64,000 nucleotides of DNA, from NCBI GenBank assembly GCA_965217585.1, contig OZ244561.1, forward strand, positions 32,001 to 96,000. Direction: 5' to 3'. The DNA is from Candidatus Latescibacterota bacterium. Lineage in GTDB: Bacteria; Latescibacterota; UBA2968; UBA8231. Shown here in pieces: positions 30,003 through 39,437 of the stretch. Position 1 is the stretch's first letter. Every line of letters begins with the position of its first letter. The position numbers were made by a program, and so were the translations under genes. The notes below the pieces were generated by a model, which saw only the letters and a program-made list of their open reading frames with translations, was not told where the DNA came from and searched no databases.

Positions 30003-31126
30003 TATCCGGCCGCCGCCAGCAGGGTCGAGGTATCGGCGACGATATTGTAGAGGGAGTCGCGCTCTAGAGGCTGGCGCCCAGCCTCGACGATGCGCTGCAA
30101 GAGTTCGGCCTGCGTCAGCCGCTGCTGGGTGTCGGCAAAGCTCTTACGGGTGATTTCGTAGTCCATGACTGTGCCGTCTATATCGTCGGCCCCGTACCAT
30201 AGCGCGGTCTGCGAAATCTCAATGGTGTTCATAATCCAGAAGGTCTTGACGTGGGGGAAGTTGTCGAGCATCAGCCGCCCCACGGCGATCTCCTTGAGGT
30301 CCAGGCAACCCGTCGGCCCGGATAAGTGCTCCAGTTCGGTGCGTTCGGGATGAAAAGAAAGCGGGATATAGCAGAGGAAGCCGCCGGTCTCGTCTTGGAC
30401 TTCGCGCAGTCGCACGAGGTGATAGACCTTCTCCTCGGTGTTTTCGATGTGGCCGTAGAGCATGGTGGCGTTGGAGGGCAGGCCGGCTCGATGCGCCGTC
30501 TGAGCGATTTCCAGCCATTCCTCAGAGTCCGCCTTAGTCCAGAAAAGATCGCCCTGGACCCGATCGCTGAAGACCTCGGCCCCACCGCCGGGCAGCGACT
30601 CTAGCCCAGCCGCCTTCAAGTCGGCAAAGATCTCCTCCAGCGGCTTTTTGGCGATGCGCTGAATCTGGGCGATCTCGATCATGGTGAAGGCCTTCAGGTG
30701 CGCGGCAGGGCGGGCTTGTTTCATCGCCCGCAAGACGTCGAGATAGTATTGGTAAGGTAGTTTGGGATTGACGCCGCCGACCATGTGGATCTCGGTGATC
30801 GGGGCTTGATCGTACTCGGCGACCCGCGCGGCGACCTGTTCGGGTGCCAACACGTAGCCGCGCTCGTCTTTGGGCTTGACGTAGAAGGAACAGAACTTGC
30901 AGAGCTTGTTGCAGATGTTGGTGTAGTTGATGTGCTGGTTGCGCACGTAGTACGCGGTATCGCCGCTTTTGCGCTCGCGGACGATATTGGCCAGATAGCC
31001 CAAGACAGGCAGTTCATCGCAGGCGTACAGGCGCAGGCCGTCGTCCAAGCTCAAGCGCTGCCCAGCCAGCACTTTGTCGTGGATATCTGCGAGGCCGGCG
31101 CGGCCGATAAGGTCGTCGTAAATCAT
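30002..31126 (-). CDS. mqnE: Aminofutalosine synthase (radical SAM)
   Basis: HINYTNICNKLCKFCSF, EIHMVGG, KAFT..EI, SNATMLYGHIE, HVK.FWIM. Confidence 0.9.
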   Translation of the reverse strand: MIYDDLIGRAGLADIHDKVLAGQRLSLDDGLRLYACDELPVLGYLANIVRERKSGDTAYYVRNQHINYTNICNKLCKFCSFYVKPKDERGYVLAPEQVAARVAEYDQAPITEIHMVGGVNPKLPYQYYLDVLRAMKQARPAAHLKAFTMIEIAQIQRIAKKPLEEIFADLKAAGLESLPGGGAEVFSDRVQGDLFWTKADSEEWLEIAQTAHRAGLPSNATMLYGHIENTEEKVYHLVRLREVQDETGGFLCYIPLSFHPERTELEHLSGPTGCLDLKEIAVGRLMLDNFPHVKTFWIMNTIEISQTALWYGADDIDGTVMDYEITRKSFADTQQRLTQAELLQRIVEAGRQPLERDSLYNIVADTSTLLAAAG

Positions 31127-31166
31127 TTATTTCTCCCGCGTTTAGTACATAATACCTATGGGTATC

Positions 31167-31895
31167 TTATTCGTCAACCGACCCTTTGACGCCCTGGTAC
31201 ACCGCGGCAATCCCTAGAGTCATGGGCGTGTAGCGCGTCTGGCTGAAACCGGCCTCGACGAGCAATTCGACAAAGGCCTGCCCCTGGGGAAAGGTCCCTA
31301 CCGAGCGCGGCAGATAGGCGTAGGCCCGGCGCTGGCCGGAAATTAGGCCGCCGATCAGGGGTAGCACTTTGTGGAAGTAGAACAAGTACAATTGCCGAAA
31401 CAGCGGCGCAGTAGGCTCGCAGAAGTCGAGCACCAAGAGCTGACCGCCGGGTTTGAGGACGCGGTAGGCCTCGGCTAAGCCGCTGGGAATGTGCCCAAAG
31501 TTGCGCACCCCAAAGGCCCCGGTCACCAAGTCGAAGGTATTGTCCTGAAACGGTAGTTGCTCGGCGTCGCCGACTAACAACTCCACGCGCGAGGTCAGCC
31601 CCTTAGCCGCCACCTTGGCCGCCCCTAGCCGCAGCATCTCAATGGCCATGTCAATACCGACGACCTGCTGCGGCCCCAAGCGGGCAGCCGCGAGGGCAAA
31701 ATCGCCGGTGCCAGTAGCGAGGTCCAAGACGCGCTGCGGACGCTTATCGCGGGCGCAGTCAAGGGCGCGACGCCGCCAGTACACATCTACACCGCCGCTG
31801 AGAAGGTGGTTGAGCAAGTCGTAGCGCCTAGCAATGGCGTTGAACATGTCTCGGTTGCGCCTCTTGTGTTCGGCGACGTTTTGCTTATTCTCCAT
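31167..31895 (-). CDS. menG: Demethylmenaquinone methyltransferase UbiE/MenG
   Basis: F..IA.RYDLLNHLLS.G, LDLATGTGD, FGVRN, RVLKPGG, Y.YLP.SV. Confidence 0.92.
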   Translation of the reverse strand: MENKQNVAEHKRRNRDMFNAIARRYDLLNHLLSGGVDVYWRRRALDCARDKRPQRVLDLATGTGDFALAAARLGPQQVVGIDMAIEMLRLGAAKVAAKGLTSRVELLVGDAEQLPFQDNTFDLVTGAFGVRNFGHIPSGLAEAYRVLKPGGQLLVLDFCEPTAPLFRQLYLFYFHKVLPLIGGLISGQRRAYAYLPRSVGTFPQGQAFVELLVEAGFSQTRYTPMTLGIAAVYQGVKGSVDE

Positions 31896-31939
31896 GCTGG
31901 AAAAGCTAGTCCTCTTCCTATCACTGTCAACAGAAGCCC

Positions 31940-33304
31940 ATGCCCCAACTTCAGGCCAACATCCTCATCGCCGACCACTCGCTCTTTATCCGCGAAGGGC
32001 TGCAAGAGGCGTTGCAAAAACCCGGCTATGTCATCGAAACCGCTGCGGACGGTGCCCAAACGCGCCGGATGCTGGGAGCCGGCGACTTCCACTTGGCCAT
32101 TCTCGACTTGCAGATGCCCGGCCCCTCTGGGATGCAACTTTTGCAGGAGGTCGGCCAGCACCACCCCGACACCCTGTGCATCATACTCACGGCCCATGAC
32201 AACGTCCACACCGCGGTCGAAGCCATGCGCAAAGGTGCGTACGACGTAGTGACCAAACCCGTCGATCTAGACCATTTGCGCCTCGTAGTCGCCCGCGCAC
32301 TCGATCGCTTCGAACTCGTCGTCGAAAACCGCAAGCTCCACAACCGCCTCGAAAAAGAAGCCCCCTTCCGCCGCCTCGTGCGCCACAGCCCGGCCATGCA
32401 GGCCGCCGCGGCCACGATCAAACAAGTGGCCCAAACGGATGTGCCGGTACTCCTGCGCGGCGAGACCGGCGTCGGCAAGGATTTGGTAGCACGCGCCATC
32501 CACGAGCGCAGCAAGCGGCGAGACGCCCCCTTTGTGGCCGTCAACTGCGGCGGCTTCACTGAAGAGCTTTTTACCAGCGAACTGTTCGGCCACAAACGCG
32601 GGGCCTTTACCAGTGCCCACGCCGACCGACCCGGCCGTTTCACCCTCGCCGAGGGCGGGACCCTCTTCCTCGACGAAATCGGCGAGGTCTCGCACAAAAA
32701 TCAGGTCGAGCTATTGCGCGTCCTCGAGTCTCACGAGTTCCAACCGCTCGGGGACCCGCAGGTCCACCGCGCCGATGTGCGCATCATCGCCGCGACCAAC
32801 CGCGACCTCGAAGACGCTGTCGCAACAGGTGCCTTCCGCGAAGACCTGTACTACCGACTCAACGTGATCCCCATCGACATTCCCCCCTTGCGCCAGCGGC
32901 GAGAAGACATCCCAGTCTTGGTCGAAATGTGCCTCGACGAAGCCTGCCGCGCTCAGAACAAGCCCCCCAAGAAAATCAGCCCGGAAGCCATGGAGGGCCT
33001 CATCGCCTATAATTGGCCGGGCAATGTGCGCCAGTTGCGCAACCTGCTCCAGCGACTCGTGGTCACCACCCCGGCTGCGGTCATCCTCCCCGAGCACCTG
33101 CCCGGACCGCTCGGCGAACTCGCCGATGGCCCCGGGCAGTTCTCAATGGCCCTCGGCTCTTCCCTGCAAGAGGTCGAAGCCGAGCTCATCCGCCAGACCC
33201 TCCAACGCCTCACGGGCAACCGCCGCGAAGCGGCCGCCATTTTGGGTATTAGCGTCCGCTCCCTCCAGTACAAGCTCAAGCGATACAACATCACAACTAA
33301 GTAG
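31940..33304 (+). CDS. Sigma54-dependent response regulator (REC-AAA-Fis HTH, NtrC/AtoC-like)
   Basis: LDLQMP receiver, GETGVGKD, GAFTSA, LFLDEIG, WPGNVRQL, C-terminal HTH. Confidence 0.92.
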   Translation: MPQLQANILIADHSLFIREGLQEALQKPGYVIETAADGAQTRRMLGAGDFHLAILDLQMPGPSGMQLLQEVGQHHPDTLCIILTAHDNVHTAVEAMRKGAYDVVTKPVDLDHLRLVVARALDRFELVVENRKLHNRLEKEAPFRRLVRHSPAMQAAAATIKQVAQTDVPVLLRGETGVGKDLVARAIHERSKRRDAPFVAVNCGGFTEELFTSELFGHKRGAFTSAHADRPGRFTLAEGGTLFLDEIGEVSHKNQVELLRVLESHEFQPLGDPQVHRADVRIIAATNRDLEDAVATGAFREDLYYRLNVIPIDIPPLRQRREDIPVLVEMCLDEACRAQNKPPKKISPEAMEGLIAYNWPGNVRQLRNLLQRLVVTTPAAVILPEHLPGPLGELADGPGQFSMALGSSLQEVEAELIRQTLQRLTGNRREAAAILGISVRSLQYKLKRYNITTK

Positions 33305-33420
33305 CACCTGCATTTTTTGCACTTTTGCACTTGCGCGGCCCTTCGACCCACTCCTAGCCCAGCAGTGTCTTTTTCGTAAGTAAATTATTCACAATGCCTT
33401 AACTGGCAAGCGAATAAATG

Positions 33421-33436
33421 TGGCATTGGATTTGCT
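33421..33436 (+). promoter_or_regulatory. Sigma54 -24/-12 promoter
   Basis: TGGCATTGGATTTGCT with exact GG-N10-GC spacing, just downstream of an enhancer-binding protein gene. Confidence 0.75.
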
Positions 33437-33447
33437 TATCTATACGT

Positions 33448-33512
33448 AGGTCGAAATGAGCGCCTCTCACCCCTCCGCGCAACAGGGAGGGTTTCACGGC
33501 GCGTATCGACCT
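33448..33512 (+). ncRNA. Candidate structured small RNA or 5' leader
   Basis: Nested pairings AGGTCGA/TCGACCT, GCGCC/GGCGC, CCCTCC/GGAGGG beginning at the expected +1 of the sigma54 promoter. Confidence 0.4.
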
Positions 33513-33752
33513 TAACTATTTGTTAATACAGAGCAAACAATTTTGTCTCACCAAGTATTGAACAACGCGGGGGCGTTTTACAGCCCTCAACTGAAACGGT
33601 GAGAATGCAAATTATGCACTTTGGAACACTGGAACCCGACGCTTCTAACTCGCGCAATTTAAGCGCTTTGCGGAACGTCGGCCCAAAATTGTTGCAACTG
33701 AGTGCAAAAATTTGTGCCTGCTGAACCCATTTACCCAAGGAAGGTTTCGCAC

Positions 33753-34625
33753 ATGGCTTACGCGATCCAAGAAGCCCTAAGCGACGAGGACAACACACTG
33801 CGCCTCTACTTCGATGACATTGCCGAGTCTCGGCCGCTGAGCCGTCAGCGGGAAGTCGAGCTGTCGGCACGAATCCAAGACGGCGACATAGCCGCCCGCG
33901 ACGAATTGGTTCAAGCCAACCTGCGCTTCGTCATCGATGTGGCCAAAAACTACCAGAACCGCGGTCTCTCGCTAGAGGACCTGATCAGCGCGGGCAACGT
34001 AGGTTTGCTGACCGCTGCCGAGCGCTTCGACGGCACCAAGGGATACAAGTTCATCTCGTACGCCGTATGGTGGATCAAGCAGTCCATCTTGCAGACCATT
34101 GCCGAGCACGCCCGCACCGTGCGCCTGCCGCTGAACAAGCTCAGCCTGCTCAAGGACATTTCGCGGGCTGTGCGCAAGCTGGGCCAAGGCCGCGAGAGCG
34201 AGCCAGATGTCGAGGAAATCGCTGCTGAGTTGGGCCTGCCAACCGAGGAGGTCCTCGACACGATGCTCAGCGCCCGCTCGGTGCGCTCGCTCGACGAGTC
34301 CTTTGAAGACGACGACGACCGCAGCCTGCTCAGCCTCCTCGCCGACGACAATCAGGAGACGCCCGACAGCGACGTCTTGCAAAGCTCGGCCCGCGCCCAC
34401 TTAGAGGAAGCCCTCGCTAGCCTCGAAGACCGCGAGTTGCGCATCATTCGCCTCTACTTCGGTCTCGACGGCAGCCAAGCTCTGACCTTGGAGCAGATCG
34501 GCGGGTTGATGGGCCTGACGCGGGAGCGCGTGCGCCAGCTCAAGGAGCGCGCCCTGAGCAAGCTCCGCCACCCGACTCGCTACCAGTCGCTCCTCGCGTT
34601 GGTAGATGAGACAGAGTTTTACTAG
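33753..34625 (+). CDS. RNA polymerase sigma70 factor, RpoD/RpoS-type lacking region 1.1
   Basis: LRLYF (1.2), ANLRFV..AKNY, DLISAGN.GL, KFISYAVWWIKQSI, TVRLP, LTRERVRQ; AAGGAAGG RBS before ATG 33753. Confidence 0.93.
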   Translation: MAYAIQEALSDEDNTLRLYFDDIAESRPLSRQREVELSARIQDGDIAARDELVQANLRFVIDVAKNYQNRGLSLEDLISAGNVGLLTAAERFDGTKGYKFISYAVWWIKQSILQTIAEHARTVRLPLNKLSLLKDISRAVRKLGQGRESEPDVEEIAAELGLPTEEVLDTMLSARSVRSLDESFEDDDDRSLLSLLADDNQETPDSDVLQSSARAHLEEALASLEDRELRIIRLYFGLDGSQALTLEQIGGLMGLTRERVRQLKERALSKLRHPTRYQSLLALVDETEFY

Positions 34626-34637
34626 GATTGAAAGCGA

Positions 34638-34666
34638 GTCCGCGGCCCGCGCTTAGGGCAGCGGAC
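34638..34666. terminator. Hairpin between convergent genes
   Basis: GTCCGC-G-GCCC / GGGC-A-GCGGAC stem; no U-tract. Confidence 0.4.
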
Positions 34667-34717
34667 CGCTAATTGGTAGGGATGTAGTAGGGGGTCTTGC
34701 GGGCGGCGCCTGACTAC

Positions 34718-35506
34718 TCAGCCTTCGCCCTCCCGCAATTTCTTGAGTTCGTCGCGCAAAAGCGCGGCTTTTTCAAATTCTTCGCTATCAACCGCTTCTT
34801 GTAGCCAGCGCTCTAGCTGCTCCTTTTGGCTCAGCGGCCTCTTTTGCAAAATCTCCTGCTCCAACTCCTCGAGCGCGGCTTCTGAACGCTCGCGCTCGAG
34901 GTAGAATTCCTCGGCCTCCACCTCGGGCCACGTGCCAATCCGCGCGCGGGTCTGCCGCACGATGGCCAATGCGCTGTCGTAGTCTTGATCGCCGACGGCA
35001 ATCATGGCCCGGGCCACGCCGTTGATGCGCAATATATAAGGCCACCATTTCTCTAGATTATCGCGGTCCTCTTCGCGCTCGGCATAGCGGTTGACAAACC
35101 GAAAGAGCGCCATATTGCGCTCGGTATCGCGCACGACCCGCCGGTAGTCGTGCAGTTGGATCAGAAAGGCATAGCGCTTGTACAAGCGGCTCCCCTCGTC
35201 GAAAAGCTCGCGGCAAGCCGCTTCATCGAGCGCGAAGCCCTCGTCGCTGGCCCCGTGCTCGCGGCGGTATTTTTCTAACTCGCCTCGGTAGTAATCCAGA
35301 GCAAAGTCCCGCCCGTGGGGCCGGCGGCCATCGGGCCGACCATCGAGATTTAGCTGCAAAATGCCCTGAAAGGCCCCTTGATCCACCCGGATCTGAATCT
35401 TCGCAACCCCGTCCCTTCCCGATACTTTCCGCACATTCGCCTCTGGATCGAAGGACCATTCATTTAATAGGTCGGTCATATCTCGACTCATGCCAACCTC
35501 GCACAA
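34718..35506 (-). CDS. UvrB/UvrC-motif (UVR) domain protein
   Basis: C-terminal LQEAVDSEEFEKAALLRDELK; N-terminal GILQLNLDGRPDGRRPHG. Confidence 0.75.
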   Translation of the reverse strand: MCEVGMSRDMTDLLNEWSFDPEANVRKVSGRDGVAKIQIRVDQGAFQGILQLNLDGRPDGRRPHGRDFALDYYRGELEKYRREHGASDEGFALDEAACRELFDEGSRLYKRYAFLIQLHDYRRVVRDTERNMALFRFVNRYAEREEDRDNLEKWWPYILRINGVARAMIAVGDQDYDSALAIVRQTRARIGTWPEVEAEEFYLERERSEAALEELEQEILQKRPLSQKEQLERWLQEAVDSEEFEKAALLRDELKKLREGEG

Positions 35507-35656
35507 CTGCTTTTTACTGACATTTCAGGCCTCGCGCCTGCAGGACGGAAATTCTCATCGCAGAATAATAACCGGGTTGATGCGTTACGGCAATGACCTT
35601 CCCTCAGCCGCAGGTACCATACCATTCCCGCAGACCTTCTGGACCCTGGCCTGCGA

Positions 35657-35672
35657 TGGCATAGTTTATGCT
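35657..35672 (+). promoter_or_regulatory. Sigma54 -24/-12 promoter of the NifA-like gene
   Basis: TGGCATAGTTTATGCT, GG-N10-GC. Confidence 0.6.
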
Positions 35673-35842
35673 ACAACAATGTACGACACATTCTTTACAT
35701 TTACTTGAATGACGCCCTCTTGCGGCGCGTGACACTGTATTTTTGGTCGATTTTTCGCTTTTCACAACGAATATGTGGTCTTTTGATATTTACAAAAATG
35801 TCATTTTAGACCATACTAACAACAAAAACGTCGTAAAATAGG

Positions 35843-37396
35843 ATGCCGTACATGTCCACCCTACCGACCGCCAGTGCCCAACAACATATCTCCATCCTAC
35901 ACGAAATCGGGCAAATACTAGGCTCGACAACCGAGTTTGAGGAGGCTCTCAACGTCATTCTCAAGCTTATGTGCGACCAGCTCAACATGAGCTTGGGGAC
36001 AGTCAGCCTCTTGAGCCAAGAAGCCACCGAAGTCTCCATCGACGTGGCTTATGGACTCTCGCAATCGGAAATCAAGCGAGGCCGCTACGACGTCGGGGAA
36101 GGGATCACCGGCAAGGTCGTAGAATCTGGCAAACCCGTGATCGTGCCGCGCATCAGCAGCGAGCCTCTCTTCCTCAACCGCACCGGTGCCCGCGGCAGCG
36201 CGGCCAAGAGCCAGACCTCGTTCATTTGCGTACCCATCCTACAGCAGCAGCAGGTAGTAGGCACCATTAGCGTCGATATTCCTTATAAAGACAACGAAAG
36301 CCTGCAAGATACCGTGCGCTTGCTGTCCATTATATCCGTCATGATCGGCCAATCGGTCGCCGCCCGCCAACGCGCCCGCGTCGAGCGAATCCAGCTTCTC
36401 GACGAAAACTTGCGCCTACAAAACGAGCTCCGTGAACGCTTCCACCCCACCAACCTCATCGGCAACTCCCGCCCCATGCAGGAGGCTTGCCAACTCATCG
36501 GCCAAGTGGCACCCAGCGACGCCACGGTCCTGTTGCGCGGCGCGAGCGGCACAGGTAAGGAACTGGCCGCAGATGCCATACATTACAACAGCTTACGCGC
36601 CGACAAACCTTTTGTCAAAGTGCATGTCGCCGCCCTGCCGGAAACCTTGGTCGAATCCGAGCTATTCGGCCACGAGCGCGGGGCTTACACCGGGGCCTCG
36701 ACTAGCAAAGCTGGCCGATTTGAACGAGCGAGCGGCGGAACAATTTTCCTCGACGAAATCGGCGAGCTTAGCCTGGGTGCGCAGGTCAAACTGCTCCGCG
36801 TGCTGCAAAATCGCGAAATCGAGCGCCTCGGTGGTCGCGGCCCAGTATCGGTTGATGTCCGCGTCGTGGCGGCAACCCACATAGATCTGGAAAAAGCCAT
36901 AGCCGAGGGGACCTTCCGCGAGGATCTATACTACCGACTCAATGTCTTTCCCATCTTCATTCCGCCCTTGCGCGAGCGCAAATCCGACGTCGTCCAGCTC
37001 GCTGACCACTTCCTCGAAAAGTACTCCCGCCAGCACGACGTGGAGATGTACCGCATCTCTACCCCCGCCATTGACATGATGATGAGCTACCACTGGCCGG
37101 GCAACGTGCGCGAGTTGGAAAACTGCATTGAACGAGCGATCATTCTCAGTAATGACGGCGTCATCCACGGCCACCACCTGCCCCCCTCCTTGCAAACGGC
37201 TGACGCTACCGGAACGCCGGTCGCCGGTTCGTTTAATACGATGATGCGGGCCTATGAACGAGAAATCATCATCGAGGCCCTCAAAAACGCCCGCGGCAAT
37301 ATGGCCAAGGCCGCCCGCACCCTCGGCACTACGACCCGCATTTTCTCTTATCGCATCGAGAAACTAGACATCTGCCCAAAAAACTACAAGAAGTAG
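35843..37396 (+). CDS. NifA-like GAF-AAA-HTH sigma54 activator
   Basis: GAF ([15 protein letters not shown]), [30 protein letters not shown]; no nif structural genes in the window. Confidence 0.88.
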   Translation: MPYMSTLPTASAQQHISILHEIGQILGSTTEFEEALNVILKLMCDQLNMSLGTVSLLSQEATEVSIDVAYGLSQSEIKRGRYDVGEGITGKVVESGKPVIVPRISSEPLFLNRTGARGSAAKSQTSFICVPILQQQQVVGTISVDIPYKDNESLQDTVRLLSIISVMIGQSVAARQRARVERIQLLDENLRLQNELRERFHPTNLIGNSRPMQEACQLIGQVAPSDATVLLRGASGTGKELAADAIHYNSLRADKPFVKVHVAALPETLVESELFGHERGAYTGASTSKAGRFERASGGTIFLDEIGELSLGAQVKLLRVLQNREIERLGGRGPVSVDVRVVAATHIDLEKAIAEGTFREDLYYRLNVFPIFIPPLRERKSDVVQLADHFLEKYSRQHDVEMYRISTPAIDMMMSYHWPGNVRELENCIERAIILSNDGVIHGHHLPPSLQTADATGTPVAGSFNTMMRAYEREIIIEALKNARGNMAKAARTLGTTTRIFSYRIEKLDICPKNYKK

Positions 37397-37403
37397 CCAC
37401 ACA

Positions 37404-37448
37404 AACTACAAAATTGTAATTTTTTGAGACTGTTTCAATTTTGTAGTT
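37404..37448. promoter_or_regulatory. Paired palindromic upstream activator sites (TACA-N4-TGTA)
   Basis: Perfect 13-bp inverted repeat AACTACAAAATTG / CAATTTTGTAGTT about 95-135 bp upstream of the amtB sigma54 promoter. Confidence 0.55.
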
Positions 37449-37540
37449 ATGCTGACCTCGTTCCTCTCTTTATTGTTATTTTTCCTAACTCCCTAATTTA
37501 CAATAAGCTACAATTCTGAAGTGTCTGCGCCCAATCCACT

Positions 37541-37555
37541 TGGCACATTTCTTGC
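37541..37555 (+). promoter_or_regulatory. Sigma54 -24/-12 promoter of amtB-glnK
   Basis: TGGCACATTTCTTGC, consensus match. Confidence 0.85.
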
Positions 37556-37633
37556 CTTATAGCAATCCGATGTTCGCATCCACGAGGCGTCGATCGGATG
37601 CCTCCTCATACCTCACAAGGGAAGGGATTGCCC

Positions 37634-38980
37634 ATGTCTGTTTTTCGCAACCGTCCTTCGCTCTTATGGATCAGTGCCGGGGTCCTCGGAGCGACTACAC
37701 AGGCTTCAGCGGGGGATTTCACAACCGTAGAAGCCTTCCAGGCCATGCCCTTGGCCTATCCCAAATTCATGGTGGACAACCTGTGGCTTCTCATCGCCGC
37801 AGCCTTGGTCTTCGTCATGCACTTGGGCTTTGCCACGCTCGAATCCGGCCTGACCCGGCAGAAGAACACGGTCAACATCCTCTTCAAGAACCTCTTTGTC
37901 ATCTCAGCCGGCATCCTCACCTACGCCTTGTGCGGCTTCAACATCATGTATCCGGGCGACGATTGGCTCATCGCCAATGTGCTGGCCCTCAAGGGTTGGA
38001 TCGGCTTTGACGACGATGTGGCTAACCTGACCAATCAGTACGCAGATTACACCTATTGGTCGGACTTCATCTTCCAGGCCATGTTTGCCGCCACTGCCGC
38101 CACCATCGTCTCCGGTGCGGTGGCCGAGCGCGTCAAGCTGTCGGGCTTCATGCTCTACGCCGCGATCTTGGTGGCCTTTGGCTACACCATAGCAGGCTCC
38201 TGGAAGTGGGGTGGCGGCTGGCTCGATGACCTCGGTTTCTACGACTTTGCTGGCTCCTCGGTAGTGCACGCCTTTGGCGGCTTCTCGGCCCTCGCCGCCG
38301 TCATGGTGCTCGGGGCGCGCAAGGGCAAGTACCACAACGGGGAAATCAGGCCCATCCTCGGCCACAGCATGCCGCTGTCAACTATCGGCGTCTTCATGCT
38401 CTGGCTCGGCTGGTTCGGCTTCAACGGCGGCTCGGTGCTCAGCGCCGACCCGGCGGCTATATCGCTGGTCTTTGTCACCACGTCCCTCGCCGCTGCGGCC
38501 GGTTGTATGGCCTCGATTTTTACCTCCTATATCTATCTTAAAAAGCCCGACATCACCATGGCTCTCAACGGCATCCTCGCCGGCCTAGTCGGCATCACGG
38601 CCGGGGCCGACGTGGTCACTTGGGCCGGGGCCATCTGGATTGGACTGATCGCCGGGATCATCGTCGTCTTCGCCATTGTCTTTATCGACCGCATCAAGAT
38701 CGACGATCCGGTCGGTGCCATCTCCGTCCACGGTATCTGCGGCATCTGGGGCACGGTCGCGGTCGGGCTGTTCAGCACCAACGCCGACCACAGCGTAGGT
38801 ACCCAAATATTGGGCACCCTGTCTTACGCCATCTTCGCCTTTGTCTTCTCCTTTGTCCTCGCGACCATTGTCAAGGCGATACTCGGGTTCCGCGTCGATG
38901 AGGAGGACGAGGACGAGGGCCTCGACCTAAGCGAGCACGGCCAGCCCGCGTACGCGGATTTCCAGCACATCAACAACTAA
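37634..38980 (+). CDS. amtB: Ammonium transporter
   Basis: FQAMFAATAATIVSGAVAER, DFAGSSVVH, GWFGFNGGS, DDPVGAISVHG; start could be 37598. Confidence 0.95.
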   Translation: MSVFRNRPSLLWISAGVLGATTQASAGDFTTVEAFQAMPLAYPKFMVDNLWLLIAAALVFVMHLGFATLESGLTRQKNTVNILFKNLFVISAGILTYALCGFNIMYPGDDWLIANVLALKGWIGFDDDVANLTNQYADYTYWSDFIFQAMFAATAATIVSGAVAERVKLSGFMLYAAILVAFGYTIAGSWKWGGGWLDDLGFYDFAGSSVVHAFGGFSALAAVMVLGARKGKYHNGEIRPILGHSMPLSTIGVFMLWLGWFGFNGGSVLSADPAAISLVFVTTSLAAAAGCMASIFTSYIYLKKPDITMALNGILAGLVGITAGADVVTWAGAIWIGLIAGIIVVFAIVFIDRIKIDDPVGAISVHGICGIWGTVAVGLFSTNADHSVGTQILGTLSYAIFAFVFSFVLATIVKAILGFRVDEEDEDEGLDLSEHGQPAYADFQHINN

Positions 38981-38998
38981 GCGAGGGGAGAACCAACG

Positions 38999-39337
38999 AT
39001 GTATAAAATTGAAGCCTTTCTCCGGCCATCGGCCCTTGAAGACGTGCAGAAGGCCCTGGGCGAACGGGGCATCGCCGGCATGTCCGTAACCGAAGTGCGG
39101 GGCTTTGGCCGCCAGCGCGGCCACCGCGAGGTCTATCGCGGCGCCGAGTACCGCATTGATTTCGTCCCCAAGATCAAAGTCGAGGTCGTCGTCAAGGACG
39201 CAGACCACGAGCAGGCGATCAACACCATCGTCGAGGCAGCCAAATCCGGCAAAGTCGGCGACGGCAAGGTCTTCGCCTCGCCGATCCAAGAAGCTGTGCG
39301 CATCCGCACCGGCGAGACGGGCGAAAGCGCCCTGTGA
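38999..39337 (+). CDS. glnK: P-II nitrogen regulator
   Basis: 112 aa; GFGRQRG, YRGAEY, GDGKVF, RIRTGE; adjacent to amtB. Confidence 0.93.
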   Translation: MYKIEAFLRPSALEDVQKALGERGIAGMSVTEVRGFGRQRGHREVYRGAEYRIDFVPKIKVEVVVKDADHEQAINTIVEAAKSGKVGDGKVFASPIQEAVRIRTGETGESAL

Positions 39338-39344
39338 TATGCAA

Positions 39345-39375
39345 GGGGCCGGCGTGGCCCGTCTGCGCCGGCCCC
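39345..39375 (+). terminator. GC-rich hairpin after glnK
   Basis: GGGGCCGGCG / CGCCGGCCCC 10-bp stem; no clear U-tract. Confidence 0.45.
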
Positions 39376-39437
39376 CCATCTCTTACACCATCAACGCAGC
39401 ACATCTCAACCCACCTAACCCACCCAAGGAGCATCTG

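Noticed and set aside
33523-33870. 115-aa minus-strand ORF in the regulator-sigma intergenic region
   Set aside because: Overlaps the sigma gene antisense, has no recognisable motif and covers probable regulatory sites
35843-37396. nifA as evidence of nitrogen fixation
   Set aside because: No nif structural genes in the window and the associated palindromes differ from TGT-N10-ACA
39105-39437. Long N-terminal extensions of the porin (also glnA 40105, kinase 54896, phosphoesterase 6036, rfbB 10971)
   Set aside because: They overlap neighbouring genes or hairpins; downstream starts with RBS or family-typical N-termini fit better
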